Assembly (NCBI GenBank): GCA_951406725.2
Contig: OX597824.1
Location: 29,698,001-29,762,000, forward strand
Source of the DNA: Octopus vulgaris
Lineage: Eukaryota
DNA: 64,000 bases
Direction: 5' to 3'
The position numbers and the translations under genes were made by a program. Numbering within the stretch: the first letter of the stretch is position 1; each line of letters begins with the position of its first letter. A model generated the notes under the pieces. That model worked only from the letters and a program-made list of their open reading frames with translations, had not been told where the DNA came from and did not search any database. Below, piece by piece: positions 27,520-41,376 of this stretch.

Positions 27520-28403
27520 ATGGAAAAATGCGAGCAAGCGAAATAATATTCTTAACATTATAAATCGGGAAAACTACAGGACAAGTTATTACACTTGGAA
27601 AAGTTTAGGACAAATTATTACATTTGGTAAAGTACAGAACAAGAAAGTTTTTGCTTAAAATATTGCAGCTAAGGATAAAATTTGAATATTAAAACTTATT
27701 TACAAAGTAACATTATATTTAAGAAAAGAGATACCATCATTTTGTTAAAATACTGACACACTAGAATACTTAAAAAATGAGAGCCAGAAGTACTAATATA
27801 GCTAAAGTTTTATGCAAAGTAGAATAATGTATATGGTAGGCAAATTCATTATGTAAAAAATAGGCATTGAGTTAAGACTAAAAATGTGAAGACTTGGAAA
27901 TAACTTAGGCAATAACTCAAACAAATTTTACTGTGAATTTATTGTTATAGGTAGATTTAACTGTAATATATAAGTAATTTTTGTAGTATTCTATTTATTG
28001 CACTAAATAATTATGATCTACTATTATTTTTTATATCCTATTTTCAAATTTCTAATTATTAATTAATGATTAAAAAGGTGATTTTTTTTAAAGTGCTAAA
28101 AATATTTTATTTCAGTTATCTTTTATTTTTAATAGAAGTAACAAGTAATAGAAGTAACAAGCAATAACAGATAGAAGTAATAACTTATAATAAAATTCTT
28201 AGTTTTAATAAAAGCTAATATTTTCTAAATCTAAATATTTTATTTGAAATTTTATCCTTAGCTGCAATATTTTAAGTATAAATTTTCTTACTCTGTACTT
28301 TACCAGATGCAATAATGTCCTGTACTTTTTCAAGTGCAATAACTTGTCCTGTACTTTTTCCAGATTTATAATCTTAATAATATTATATCTCGCATTTTTC
28401 CAT
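27520..28403. mobile_element. AT-rich foldback/MITE-like element with ~165-bp diverged inverted arms
   Basis: 27520-27687 versus 28243-28403 inverted; arms contain ~28-bp subrepeats (gtacaggacaagttattgcacttgaaaaa-like). Confidence 0.7.
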
Positions 28404-28409
28404 TTTTTC

Positions 28410-28597
28410 ATGCAATGGCCCAGTGGCAATGGCAGCGGACTCGCGGTTTCAATTCCCAGACCGGGCGCTGTGTTTATTGAGCCAAAACATCTAAAGCTCC
28501 ACGAGCTCTCCGGCAGGGGGTGGGGTGGAGATCCTTGCTGTACTCTTTCGCCACAACTTTCTCTCACTCTTTCTTCTGCTTGCCTGCTCGCTTAGCC
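28410..28597 (+). mobile_element. Partial tRNA-derived SINE family C
   Basis: gcaatggcccagtgg...ggtttcaattcccagaccgggcg...gagccaaaacatctaaagctccacgag, matching 41377 onward. Confidence 0.8.
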
Positions 28598-28904
28598 ATT
28601 TACTCAGCGTTTGACTGTTACATATGAAAGAGCATTGTCTGTTAAGGTTCTCACCATATCTCCATGGATTTCTGATGGAGTCATGCCTTTCAAATGAAGG
28701 TACATTATTACAGCGCAAAACTCAGTTTCCTACATTTTCCTTGTAATCTCAACACTTGTTTATTCAAAAATCTGCAACAAAAGAAATTAAAATATCAGAA
28801 TCATGAAAATGAGCAAGAATACTCCGAAAAGACTGTACTTACCAGAAAAGATAGCTAGCAGCCCCGTTTCTAAATTAGGCTCAAAACTTTTCATACACCC
28901 CTCG
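28597..28904 (-). pseudogene. 5' fragment of a mariner element (TIR plus N-terminal HTH)
   Basis: TA+cgaggggtgtatgaaaagttttgagcc terminus at 28904; from ATG at 28735 reads M*ETEFCAVIMYLHLKGMTPSEIHGDMVRTLTDNALSYVTVKR*VN. Confidence 0.8.
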
Positions 28905-29134
28905 TAATATATGCATATAGATATTTCATATTGAAGTTTTAATTCAAAGTTTATCTGGGGTTTTTTTTATCAAACTTCTATATTTTCGTTTGGAGGAATA
29001 AGTTTCCCTGACTCTTCTTTATCAATATTTTCAGACTATCTCAAGTTCCTCTTCAGGATAAGGATTATTGTTGACTTCTCTATTTTTCCTTTAATAATGG
29101 ACATTTAATGTTTATACGAACCAATGCAGTGGGT

Positions 29135-29935
29135 TAGAATTTTGTCCTTCTTTACGTTCTGAGTTCAAATTCCGCCGAGGTTCAATTTGCCTTTCATCCA
29201 TCCAGAGTCAGTCAAATAGGTACCAGTTTAACACTGCGGTCGATGTAATCGACTAGTCACCTCACCCGAACTTGGCAGCCTTGAGCCAAAATTTGAAATC
29301 AATATTTATACTGACCAAGGCGGTGAGCTGGCAGAAACGTTAGCACGCCGGGCGAAATGCTTAGCAGTATCTCGTCTGCCGCTACGTTCTCAGTTCAAAT
29401 TCCGCCGAGGTCGACTTTGCCTTTCATCCTCTCGGGGTCGATAAATTAACTACCAGTTACGCAATGGGGTCGATGTAATTGACTTAATCCGTTTGTCTGT
29501 CCTTGTTTGTCCTCTCTGTGTTTAGCCCCTTGTGGGTAGTGAAGAAATAGGTATTTCGTTTGCTTCTACGTTCTGAGTTCAAATTCCACCAAGGTCGACT
29601 TTGCCTTTCATCCTTTCGGGGTTGATAAAATAAGTACCAGTTATGCACTGGGGCCGACGTAATCGACTTAAGCCCTTTGTCTTTCCTTGTTTGTTCCCTC
29701 TATGTTTAGCCCCCTGTGGGCAATAAAGAAATAAGAATCGTTACAGTGCTGGGTAAAATGCTTGGCGGTATCTCGTTTGTCTTGACTTTCTGAGTTCATA
29801 TTCCACCAAGCTCCACTTTGCCTTTCATCCTTTCGGGGTCGATAAAATAAGAACCAGTTGAGCACTGGGGTAGATATAATCTACTAATCCCACTCCCGAA
29901 ACGGCATGCCGTGTGCCAAAATTTCAAACCAATAT
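29135..29935 (+). mobile_element. Cluster of four family B (Nin-domain) SINE units
   Basis: The core gcctttcatcc...gtcgataaa...taccagtt occurs at ~29190, 29420, 29603 and 29820. Confidence 0.9.
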
Positions 29936-30233
29936 TTTTACGACCACACCGTCAAAATTCGACCGTTAAAGTATAAGGGTTCCACGTCATCGGTTTCTCA
30001 TCTATGACGTATGTCGTATGTTAAAGCTTTGTTTTGCGATATGAGTAGAGAATTTGTGTGTGTGTGTATCCCTTCTCTAATGTTCTTTCTTTCCTCCACC
30101 CACGTTAATAAATAATTTTCCGTTCCCACCTTTTTCTACCTTGTTAATATGTATTTTCTTTAAAATCCCCACCTGTATTCTTATTCCCTTAATTCTATAG
30201 TGCCTCTCACTCTCTTTTTTCTCTCTCTCTCTT

Positions 30234-30270
<37 letters not shown>

Positions 30271-30396
30271 TACACACAAACACACACACGCACACACATT
30301 TTTCACATCTGCCGTCACCATATTCTCTCAAACATTCTCTTTTACAATGGGCTTCTTTTTATCTCTCCCTCTCCCTTTCTTTCAGTTTCTCTCTCA

Positions 30397-30438
<42 letters not shown>

Positions 30439-30791
30439 TTCTCTCACCATCTTTCTCACTCCCTCTATCCATCTCTCTCTCTCTCTCCCTCTCTCTCCTT
30501 TCTCAACATCTTTTAAAATATATTCTATCCCTTCCGATTTCTCTCACTTCCTCTAAATTTTATCTCATCCCACACTTGTGTACGTATGTGTGTGTGTAAA
30601 TGTGTGCATGTGTGTGTATGTGTGTGTACGCATGTGTAAATTGCGAGAGAGAGAAAGTATAGAGGGAAGGAGCGGGAGACATTATTCCCCACACTTTGAC
30701 ACATTCTCTCACGCCCGCTTACGGTTTTTATTTATATATTACCAGTAAATACACACGAAACACTCGCTTACACATACATACATACATACAG

Positions 30792-30822
<31 letters not shown>

Positions 30823-31159
30823 TGCATACATACATATATACAAAGACACACACATACATACTTACATACGTACATTATACATACAAACACACACACACAC
30901 ATATGTTTGCATGAGTCTGTTTATGCGTATGCATGTGTATATGTAGATAAAAATGTGTGTGTGGGGTGTCTGTATGTATATGTCTTAATGTATGTATACG
31001 TATATGTATACATACATATACACCCATGCAAACACCGACATACTTATATCCATATTTGTGAATATATATACACATATGTGTGTGTACGTGTGTGTATGTA
31101 TGTATGCATAGATATAGATATAGATAGATACATACATATGTACATACATATATATGTAC

Positions 31160-31275
<116 letters not shown>

Positions 31276-31664
31276 TTGTATGTATTTATGGATATATATG
31301 TATATATGTGCGCACGTTTATGTACAGGTGATCTCCTCTTAAGTGTATATATATCCGGGCAGTATTAACACCGTCTAAAGGTCGTCGGATGAGGTCCCAC
31401 CTCGTGGTATTTCAGCTTCGTGTCTTCCTACCACAGATTCGATCTTGTGACCAGAGACTTGGTAAACGGAAATTCTCTTACCGTAAATCAGAGACGTTGT
31501 TACAAGTCAAAAATACATCCTCCTTACAGGCGTTATGTTGATACTGGTTATTTATTATTCTAAGACATCTCACCTAGTCAATAATGGATTGGTAATTCAG
31601 TTGTTGGGAAAACGACATTACTCATTCTCGAAACCGACGGAGACTCCATGCATACATGCATACA

Positions 31665-32645
31665 AAAGGAGAAAGCTTATTCGAAGACTACAGATCCAAT
31701 TGATCACTGGAACTGGAGAAATCAGAAGAACTTTCTAGAAGTTTAAGTATATATGAGCATGTCTAGATTTGCAACTATATGCATGAGAATACAGAGCAAA
31801 ATATGCAAATTTGCACGCATATATACAAAGATACATACAAAAATACTTTGTTGATGCTGAAATTCCAATGAAGAAGCTTTGGCAAGAAATCTTGAAATAA
31901 CACTGAATAATGACATACATACATACATAAGGATAATCCCGAGGGCAAAGAAATAAAAACCCTCCATATGGTAGAAGCCATAGCCACTCATAATAAAAAA
32001 AAGTGGAATATACCAGTGAAGACCTCGATAAAATGTAAGCAAAGAAGACCCGATATAATGATTTGGGATAAAGAAGAGAAACTGTACACGGTTGTGGGAA
32101 TTAGCTGCCCAGCGGATGTTAACATAAAGCTGAAGATCAGTGAAAAAGGGAACACTTATGCTTTTGAGAAATCTGCAGTTTGTCTATTCAGCTGTTTATA
32201 CCTGGGACTCTGGGAAACTGCAAACAAACCAGTCTTGAGAAATTAGGTGTCTCAAAATCATAAAGGAGAAAGCTAATTCGAAGACTATAGATCCAATCAA
32301 TCGCTGGAACTCTAAAACTCAGTAAACTTTCCAGAAGTTTATCATTTAGATATATATGAGCATGTCTAGATATATAATTATATGTATGAGAATACATGCA
32401 TAAAATATACAAATTTGCACATACAAACATACATACATACATATATACATACATACATAGATACATACATACATACATACATACATACATACATACATAC
32501 ATACATACATACATACGTACATACATACATACATACAGATATACCCTGCTGTTGATGTTGAAATTCCAATGAAGTAACCTTGGATCTAGGTTAGAAACCG
32601 GTTCTTTCTCTATTGACAAGAATTCTTGAAATAAACTGAGTAATG
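31665..32645 (+). mobile_element. Two head-to-tail 5'-truncated copies of an RLE-type (R2-group) LINE, each ending in (CATA)n
   Basis: WNIPVKTSIKCKQRRPDIMIWDKEEKLYTVVGISCP is a PD-(D/E)xK restriction-like endonuclease segment; 31665-31913 repeats 32263-32645. Confidence 0.8.
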
Positions 32646-32687
32646 ACATACATACATACATAAATACATATATACATACATACATAG

Positions 32688-33430
32688 TACCATGATTATG
32701 AATTCTCGTTTGTTCCTATCATCAGAGGTGCATTAGGTTATATTCCAACAAATTTGCACAAAAACCTAGAAATACTGGGTTTCACGTATAAGGAGCAAAA
32801 GAAACTGACGCGGATTCTCCAAATTCAATTTATTAGTTATTTCTTTACTACCCACAAGGGGCTACACACAGAGGAACAAACAAGGAGAGACAAACGGATT
32901 AAGTCGATCATATCGTCCCGGTGCGTAACTGGTACTTATTTAATCGACCCCGAAAGGGTGAAAGGCAAAGTCGACCTCGGCAGAATTTGAACTCAGAACG
33001 TAGCGGCAGATGAAATACCTATTTCTTTACTACCCAGAAGGGGCTAAACACAGAGAGGACAGACAAACGGATTAAGTCGATTATATCGACCCCATTGCGT
33101 AACTGGTACTTATTTAATCGACCCCGAAAGGATGAAAGGCAAAGTTGACCTCGGCGGAATTTGAACTCAGAACGTAGCGGCAGATGAAATACCGCTAAGT
33201 ATTTCGCCCGGCGTGCTAACGTTTCTGCCAGCTCGCCACCTTAAAATTCAATTTATTAGTGGCTCAGTGAAGGTTTGTAAGACATTCCAGAAATTCCATA
33301 TGTGAGATTCTTATGAGAAAAGATGTGCACACTTGGGTGTATGCATCGACAGTTCAAACATATTTACAAACAATGGGAACTCTCTTGACTCAAAAAGTCT
33401 TGTTGCTTTGTTAGCAACTGGATTGTACTC
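32688..33430 (+). mobile_element. Third, related RLE-LINE 3' end interrupted by a SINE dimer
   Basis: Removing 32838-33260 restores YHDYEFSFVPIIRGALGYIPTNLHKNLEILGFTYKEQKKLTRILQIQFISGSVKVCKTFQKFHM* (stop at 33303-33305). Confidence 0.8.
32838..33243 (-). mobile_element. Dimeric family B SINE (one head, two Nin+tail units)
   Basis: 17-bp TSD aaattcaatttattagt at 32821-32837 and 33244-33260. Confidence 0.95.
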
Positions 33431-33438
33431 TCTCTCTC

Positions 33439-33470
<32 letters not shown>

Positions 33471-33639
33471 GAATTTTAATTAAATATACATGCAAAACAC
33501 ATAACACCTACAGACGAAGTTGACTATATTAAGACCGATTGGTCAAAAGGACATTGGTGGAACTTAAAAATTTAAACAGCCACCAATTTAAAACACAACC
33601 GGCTAGATATTGTCGTGTGGAGCTACTAAGAGACAATAG

Positions 33640-33866
33640 ACGAGCTGGCAGAAACGTTAGCACGCCGGGCGAAATGCTTAGTGGTATTTCGTCTGCCGCT
33701 ACGTTCTGAATTCAAATTCCGCCGAGGTTGACTTTGCCTTTCATCTTTCCGGGGTCGATAAATTAAGTACCATTTACGCACTGGGGTAGATGTGAACGAC
33801 TTAATCCATTTGTCTGTCTTTGTTTGTCCCCTCTATGTTTAGCCCCCTGTGGGCAATAAAGAAATG
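33640..33866 (+). mobile_element. Family B SINE monomer
   Basis: Head, Nin core and tail ending gtgggcaataaagaaat. Confidence 0.9.
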
Positions 33867-35536
33867 AGAAACAATCGGTTCTCTCGTGAGAATGAGCTAC
33901 CCACTAGACATGAATGTCGTTAGAAAAATACAAAAGAAATAAGACATCGATAGACTATTCATAAGGAGTTTGCAAATCCAGTACTCAAGACACACTTTCA
34001 ATTTCATACCTATTATTATTGATACTACAGAATACATATGAATCCTGAAGGGATATGAGGCGATATTCAAAGACCGTTTGTATTAATGTTTAACTTCTGC
34101 CTCTTTGTTTTTGCTTTAGGTAAATGTGACAACTATCACAATCGATATGAACATTTCTGGTGGTGATTATTAATTTTCATGGTTCGGATCTCATCCAACG
34201 TTCAAGCAAAATATGTTTGAACTTGTTCTCTTATGAAAGAACGAAAATCTTTAATTCATAAACTTCAAATGATCACAATATCTGGGGTTATAAAAATGAT
34301 CAAGATCTTAAGATTTAAAGAATTACGGTTAAAACAAGGTGCTTTCTTTCACAACCTTGCTACCAAGCAGGTGGCCGTTCAAAATTTATTCTAAATTAAA
34401 AAGAGAAAGTGAACGTACATATATATATATATACATACATGTTTGTTATAAACAAATTTCGCGTTCTATTTCCCATAATCGTCTGAAGATCGTAACGAGA
34501 AGAAACGTATTACGATTTGGGAATGTCTGATTTCCGGTACCACGTCTTCACCTACTTTCCTAAACTTTATATTAATAAAACCATTGCTTAATTATTCTAC
34601 CTCCTCTGCCCGATCTCTCTCTCTCTCTCTCCTTTCTCTTCTTTCTTACAAACTCCTGTACTCAACAATTCCTGCTATATTTAACCTCCTCTCCCCACCC
34701 CTCCTTTTACTATTTACTTACAGTTATAACCGGCAACAGTCACCTTCTTGTCTCACCTTCGAAAATCCCTGTTTTTCTCAACTTCCCGCACCTTAATTTA
34801 TGTCTCAATGTAGATGGGGGGCACTTTTTGCGCGTCTAGATCAGTGTGTCCGTATGCGTTTTTCTGGTTTTGCGTGTATCTGCCCCTACAAATACATATA
34901 ATTGCGTGTGTTTATGTGGAAGAATGTCCATACAACTTTGCATATATATTCGTGTGTACACGCACATGCGTATATATGTGTATTTGAGTATTTAGTACGC
35001 GTCTGTTAGTTTCCATGTTTGTGTAAGCATGTGTGCGAGTGTTTTTCTTGTAGGGCGAATTCCTATCTACGTAAATGCGTGCTTTTACGTTTGTATAAGC
35101 ATCCAATTGAATATGCATGAGGGCCTATAGTTTTGCGAGTTTATAACTTTGTATATACAAGTATGCGCTTGTCTCTTGTGTGTGTGTGTGTGTATGTGTG
35201 TGTGTGTGTATGTGTGTGTGTGTGTGCATGTGTGTGTATGTAAGGATGTATGTATGTATCTATGTATGTATGTATGTATGCATGTATGTATGTATGTATG
35301 TGTGTATGCATGTATGAATGTATGTATGTATGAACGTATGTATGTATGTATGTATGCATGTATGTATGTATGTTTATGTATGTATGTATGTATGTATGTA
35401 TGTATGTATGAATGTATGTATGTATGTATGCATGTATGTATGTATGTTTGTATGTATTATGTATGATGCATGTATGCATGTATGTATGTATGTATGTATG
35501 CATGTATGTATGTATGCATGTATGTATGTATGTTTG

Positions 35537-35568
<32 letters not shown>

Positions 35569-36357
35569 TGAACGTATGTATGTATGCATGTATGTATGTC
35601 TGTTTGTATGTATGCATGTATGTATGTATGTATGTATGTATGTATGTATGTATGTATGTATGCATGTATGTATGTATGCGTGTGCGAATTAAAAATACGT
35701 GACATTGAATGAGTCAGCTTTGGCGGATAGTTGTGTGCGTTTAATATTGTGTATAATAATATATACCATAGTGAGTATAATTCGCTATTTTTATGCGCAG
35801 GTGTATATATATGCATATATAGACATATGAGCTACTATACATAAATTATGCATGTTTGCCTGTATGTATGCAAATAATAGTATCTAAGTGTATATATATA
35901 TATGTGTCTGTGTTTGAGTACAGATATTTGAAAGTGTTATGCCTTAGTGTGTATCGGATTATATGTATGTGTATATACACATATTTGTGTATATGTGTGT
36001 ATATATATATGTGTATGTATGTGTGTTTTTGTTTGTATGCATGATTGTATGTATGTATGTATGTATGTATGTATGTATGTATTGTGCGTCTTTGTATTTG
36101 TGTATGTGTCTATATACGCCGCTGTGTACGTTAGAGCCTCTATATCTCTAGATATAAACATGTATGTGAATGTGTATGCATGTATGTAGATATGTAGATA
36201 TTCATTCATTGGTGTATGCATGTGTTTTTTTAATCTATTTCTACGTGTGTCTCTATGTGAATACGTCTATTTGTGTGTGTGTTTGTGAATGCCTTTACAA
36301 CCACCTTGGCAGACACTTGAACTTTGTCGCGTTTTTACAGTGATCTGATCCCCCACA

Positions 36358-36388
<31 letters not shown>

Positions 36389-36573
36389 ATACATCCATAT
36401 ATATATATGTACATGTCTGTATATATATATAAATATATATATATATTATTTTATCTCCTTATCTCATCTCACACTTTCTTCCCCTTTATGCCCCACGACA
36501 CATACACATGAATACGCATATTTGTTTATCTAGACATATGGATGTGTGAGTGGGGTGTGTATACATATATGTA

Positions 36574-36782
<209 letters not shown>

Positions 36783-37255
36783 TATGAATATATACTCTGT
36801 GTGTGTATGTCTGTGCAAATGCATGCACACATATATGTATGTGAATATATATGTGTAAATATATATATATATATATATATATATACGTATGTATTTATGT
36901 ATGTATTTATGTATATATGTATGTATGCATGTATGTATGAATGTATGTATGTATGTATGTATGTGTGCATATATACCGAGGGAGAGAGAGAGAGAGAGAG
37001 AGAGACAAAAAGAGAAAGAAACACATATGTTCATATAGATATACAAATGTTTATGTGTATGCGGATCCATGTATTCATACGTGTATGTAAAGATTTACGT
37101 GCACAAGTGCACACACATATATACTTGTGCGAATACACGCACACACACAGGCATACACACACACATACACACATACACATACATACACGAGACACACAAT
37201 CCACATATACATCCACATACCTTTACATATATCTACCTTTCTGTTAACCCTCTAA

Positions 37256-37288
<33 letters not shown>

Positions 37289-37519
37289 ACCTCCTTCTTT
37301 CTCTGTCTCCTCTCCATTCTCCCCTAAACCAAAAAGTCCACCTTTCTCCCATTTCCGTCCTCCGCATTTCCCTATTATCAACCCCACCACCACCACCACC
37401 ACCATTCTAGAAAATAAGGGGTCTCCCTTTATATTTCCCAATCAGCACATCACAGAGATTTTGCCACTAAATCTTCCAATCATTTATTCCTTCTACCTTC
37501 ATAGACATTCTGCTGTAAC

Positions 37520-39380
37520 TAGTGGTGGTGGTGGTGGTGGTGGTGGTGGTGGTGTTGTTGGTGGCGTTGGTGGTGGTGGTGGTGGTGGCGGCGGCGGCGG
37601 TGGCGGTGGTGGTGGTGGTGGTGGTGGTGGTGGCGGCGGCGGTGGCGGCGGCGGCGGTGGTGGTGGTGGTGGTGGTGGTGTTGGTGGTGTTGGTGGTTGT
37701 GGTGGTGGTGGCAGCGGTGGTAGTAATGCTTGTTGATCGTGGTAAGGTGACAATGGCCGCGGTAATGGTAGTAGTGGCAGTGGTGATTCTAGTGGTGGGG
37801 GCAGTGGGGATAGTGGTTGTGGTCGGTGTTGATGGCGGCGGTGATTGCTGAGGTGGTCATATTGATGGTGGTGGTGGTGGTGGTAGAGGTTTTTAGCAGC
37901 AGTGGAGACGGTGGTGATAGGGGTGATGGCGGTGATGCTGGTGGTGATTGTGGCTACCATGTCAGTGTTGGCATTGTTGGTGGTTGTGGCGATAGTATTG
38001 GCGTGGGGCAGGGAGGGGTGGTTGTAACTGTGGTGTGGTAGAGGTGGCGGTGTTAGTATGATAATAATGATAGCGATAGCGCTGGTGTGACATTGTTGAT
38101 GGCATGATAGTGATAACGGTGGCGGTGGCGGCGGTGGCGGTGGAGGGGGTGGCAGTGGCGGGGGTGGCGGCGGTGGTGGTGGTGGTGGAGCCGGTGGTGG
38201 TGGTGGAGCCGGTGGTGGAGCCGGTGGTGGTGGTGGAACCGGTGGTGGAGCCGGTGGTGGTGGTGGAGCCGGTGGTGGTGGTGGAGCCGGTGGTGGTGGT
38301 GGAGCCGGTGGTGGTGGTGGTGTAGCCGGTGGTGGCGGTGGAGCCGGTGATGGTGGTGGAGCCGGTGGTGGTGGTGGTGGTGGAGCTGGTGGTGGTGTTG
38401 GTGTTGGTGGTGATGGTGGTGGTGGTGGTGGTGGTGGTAGAGCCAGCGGCAGTGATAGTGGAGCCGGCGGCGGTGGTGGTGGAGCCAGCGGTGGAGTCGA
38501 TGGTGGTGGTGGTGATGGTGGTGGTAATGGTGGTGGTGGTGGTGGTAGTGGTGGTGGTAGTGGTGGTGGTGGTAGTGGTGGTGGTAGTGGTGGTGGTGGT
38601 GATGGTGGTGATGGTGGTGGTAATGGTGGTGGTGGTGGTGGTGGTAGTGGTGGTGGTAGTGGTGGTGGTGGTAATGGTGGTGGTAGTGGTGGTGGTAGTG
38701 GTGGTGGTAGTGGTGGTGGTAGTGGTGGTAGTGGTGGTGGTGGTGGTGGTGGTGGTGGTGGTGGTGGTGCGATGACGTGATAAAAGTAGCATAGTTGCGG
38801 TGTTGTTGTTGTTGTTGTTGTTGTTTACTTCTATGTCAGCCCTGATTACAGCTGATCCCCAAATCAAAGGTAATCCAGCTGTGATTATCCTGTTGTTTTC
38901 TTCTGTCCAAAAATTCCCCAAACAACTTTCACCAGAATGTACACCAACCGTTTTGAGAAGATTTGGATGTGATTCCAGGCCAATTTGGCTGTTATTTCTA
39001 ACAAGCTGAACGGCAATATAGAGCTCCGCCCTTCCCCGATAGTGGTGCGGTTATCAGTGATTGTGCAAAGGGGGTGGAGAAGTGACGATATGATAGTGGT
39101 GGTGGTGGCGGTGGTAGTAGTGATAGTGGGAGTAGTGGGTGTGGGGTAAGGGTGGCAAAGGTAGTGATGTTAATAGTAGCGGTGGTGGTGGTGGTGCTGG
39201 TGCTGGTGGTGATGCTGGTGCTGGTGATGGTGGTGATGGTGGTGCTAGTGCTGGTGGTGATGGTGATGGTGGTGGTGGTGGTGGTGCTAGTGGTAGTGGT
39301 GCTGGTGATGAAGGATAGTGGTGTTGGGGAAAGTGAGTTGGGTAGTGTTGCGAATAGGGTGTCGGCGGTAGTGCGATAGT
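37520..39380. repeat. Compound (GGT)n/(GGC)n low-complexity tract with 12-18-bp gagccg(gtg)n higher-order units
   Basis: Direct reading; the higher-order units are densest at 38188-38495. Confidence 0.9.
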
Positions 39381-39555
39381 GGTTGTGTGGCATTAGGGGT
39401 GATAGTGTAATGGGATTATAACAACTTGTCTCATAATACAATGATGTTTTATAGAAATGTTCACAGCAACAGATTTGTCACTTCTAATGTTACAGATATG
39501 TGTAAATATATGTATGCGCGTGTATGTATATACGTGTGTATATATATGTGTGTAT

Positions 39556-39618
<63 letters not shown>

Positions 39619-39646
39619 TGTGTATACTCTGTTTTTCCGTTTTTAC

Positions 39647-39844
39647 GTTTCAGCCATTTGACTGCGGTCATGCTGGAGCACCACCTTTAGTCGAAGAAAT
39701 CGACCTCAGGACTTAATCTTTGTAACACCTAGTACTAATTTTAACGACCTCTTTTGCCGAACCGCTAAGTTTCGGGGATATAAAGACACTAACATCGGTT
39801 GTTAAGCCATGCTGAGGAAACAAACACAGACACAAAGACACACA

Positions 39845-39879
<35 letters not shown>

Positions 39880-40041
39880 GACGGGCTTCTTTTAGTTTCC
39901 CGCTAACAAACCCACTCACAAAGCTTTCGTCAGTCCTGGGCTATATTGGAAGACATTTGCCCAAGATAACCCGCAGCGGGATTGAACCCCGAACCATGTG
40001 GCTGGGAAGCAAGCTTCTTACCACACAGCCACGCCTGCGCC
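39647..40041 (-). mobile_element. Full-length SINE family A
   Basis: Head ggcgcaggcgtggctgtgtggtaagaagcttg, B box gggttcaatccc, internal (TA)n, body and tail. Confidence 0.9.
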
Positions 40042-40129
40042 TATATATGTGCTTATATGTATTATTTTTACATATTTATACGTATATTATATATGTACAT
40101 ATATATATGTGTGTGTGTGTGTATGTATG

Positions 40130-40172
<43 letters not shown>

Positions 40173-40192
40173 ATACATGTATATGTACATAC

Positions 40193-40240
<48 letters not shown>

Positions 40241-40522
40241 ATCTATCTATCTATCGATATTTATCTATCGATCTGCCTATCTGTTTATGTATGTATGTAT
40301 GTATGTATGTATGTATGTATGTATGTATGTATGTATGTATGTATGTATATACATATAAATCCGAGAGGAACTCAAGAGAGTCAAAGTCAACGTCCACCCA
40401 ATAAAGTGAAGACAATCCATCGAGGAGAAGGAAATCTCTGAAATAAAAACCATTCAGTGATTACTTGAAGCTGATATCCGTCGACAGACGACTGATAATA
40501 AAAATAATGTATGTGTGTGGAT

Positions 40523-40619
<97 letters not shown>

Positions 40620-40620
<1 letters not shown>

Positions 40621-40870
40621 TGTTTCTTTATTACCCACACAGAGTTGAACACAGAGGGGACAAAAAATAAAGTAGAGCTTTTCTTTTTGGGGAGAAAAAA
40701 AAATGGAGGGGCTAGGTTTTCGATCAAAAGGGATCGTAAAAATAACGATCGATAGGGATCGTGTATCTCAGAAATATCATTATGTTTAAAGAGGGAAACA
40801 AATATGCTTTATCCGTGGAAAGAAAAGCCTTCCGGAAAAGGCCACGGTAACCTCGGTCAATAATGTCACA
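40620..40870 (-). mobile_element. 3'-terminal fragment of a longer element sharing the family B SINE tail (probable LINE 3' UTR)
   Basis: Minus-strand end ttgtcccctctgtgttcaactctgtgtgggtaataaagaaa matches the SINE tail ttgtcccctctatgtttagccccctgtgggcaataaagaaa, but the upstream sequence is unrelated to the SINE. Confidence 0.6.
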
Positions 40871-40879
40871 TGTTAACAC

Positions 40880-41140
40880 TTGCGGTTGTAGGATTGCAGT
40901 TTCGATTCCCAGACCGGGCGTTGAGAGTGTTTATTGAGCGAAAGCACCTAAAGCTCCACGCGGCTCCGGCAGGGTGTGGTGGCGATCCCTGCTGTATTCT
41001 TTCGCCACAACTTTCTCTCACTCATTTCTTCTGTTGGCCTACTCGCTTAGCCAGCGGGGTGGAGTCATTTGAAGGCTAAAACAATGCGAAGCGCATTGTG
41101 ACCAGCGATGTGTAGCAACATCTGATAGCCTGGTCGGTAT
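40880..41140 (+). mobile_element. SINE family C (5' eroded)
   Basis: gtttcgattcccagaccgggcg...gagcgaaagcacctaaagctccacg; tail as in 1340-1445. Confidence 0.8.
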
Positions 41141-41144
41141 AAAA

Positions 41145-41238
<94 letters not shown>

Positions 41239-41376
41239 TACAACTCTGGAGAAATTCCAAACGAAGAAATATATTGGTTCTTACTCTACGATGGTATAAC
41301 AATAACAACAAAACTTCGATTACACGTTTGCCCGATCAGGGTCGAACTGGGGTCAAACAACAACAGCAACAGCAGT

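Noticed and set aside
37962-38921. 319-aa Thr-rich ORF with GSTTTT repeats, mucin-like
   Set aside because: (ACC)n has no stops in any frame; there is no signal peptide or clear splice context, and similar tracts occur elsewhere in the window.
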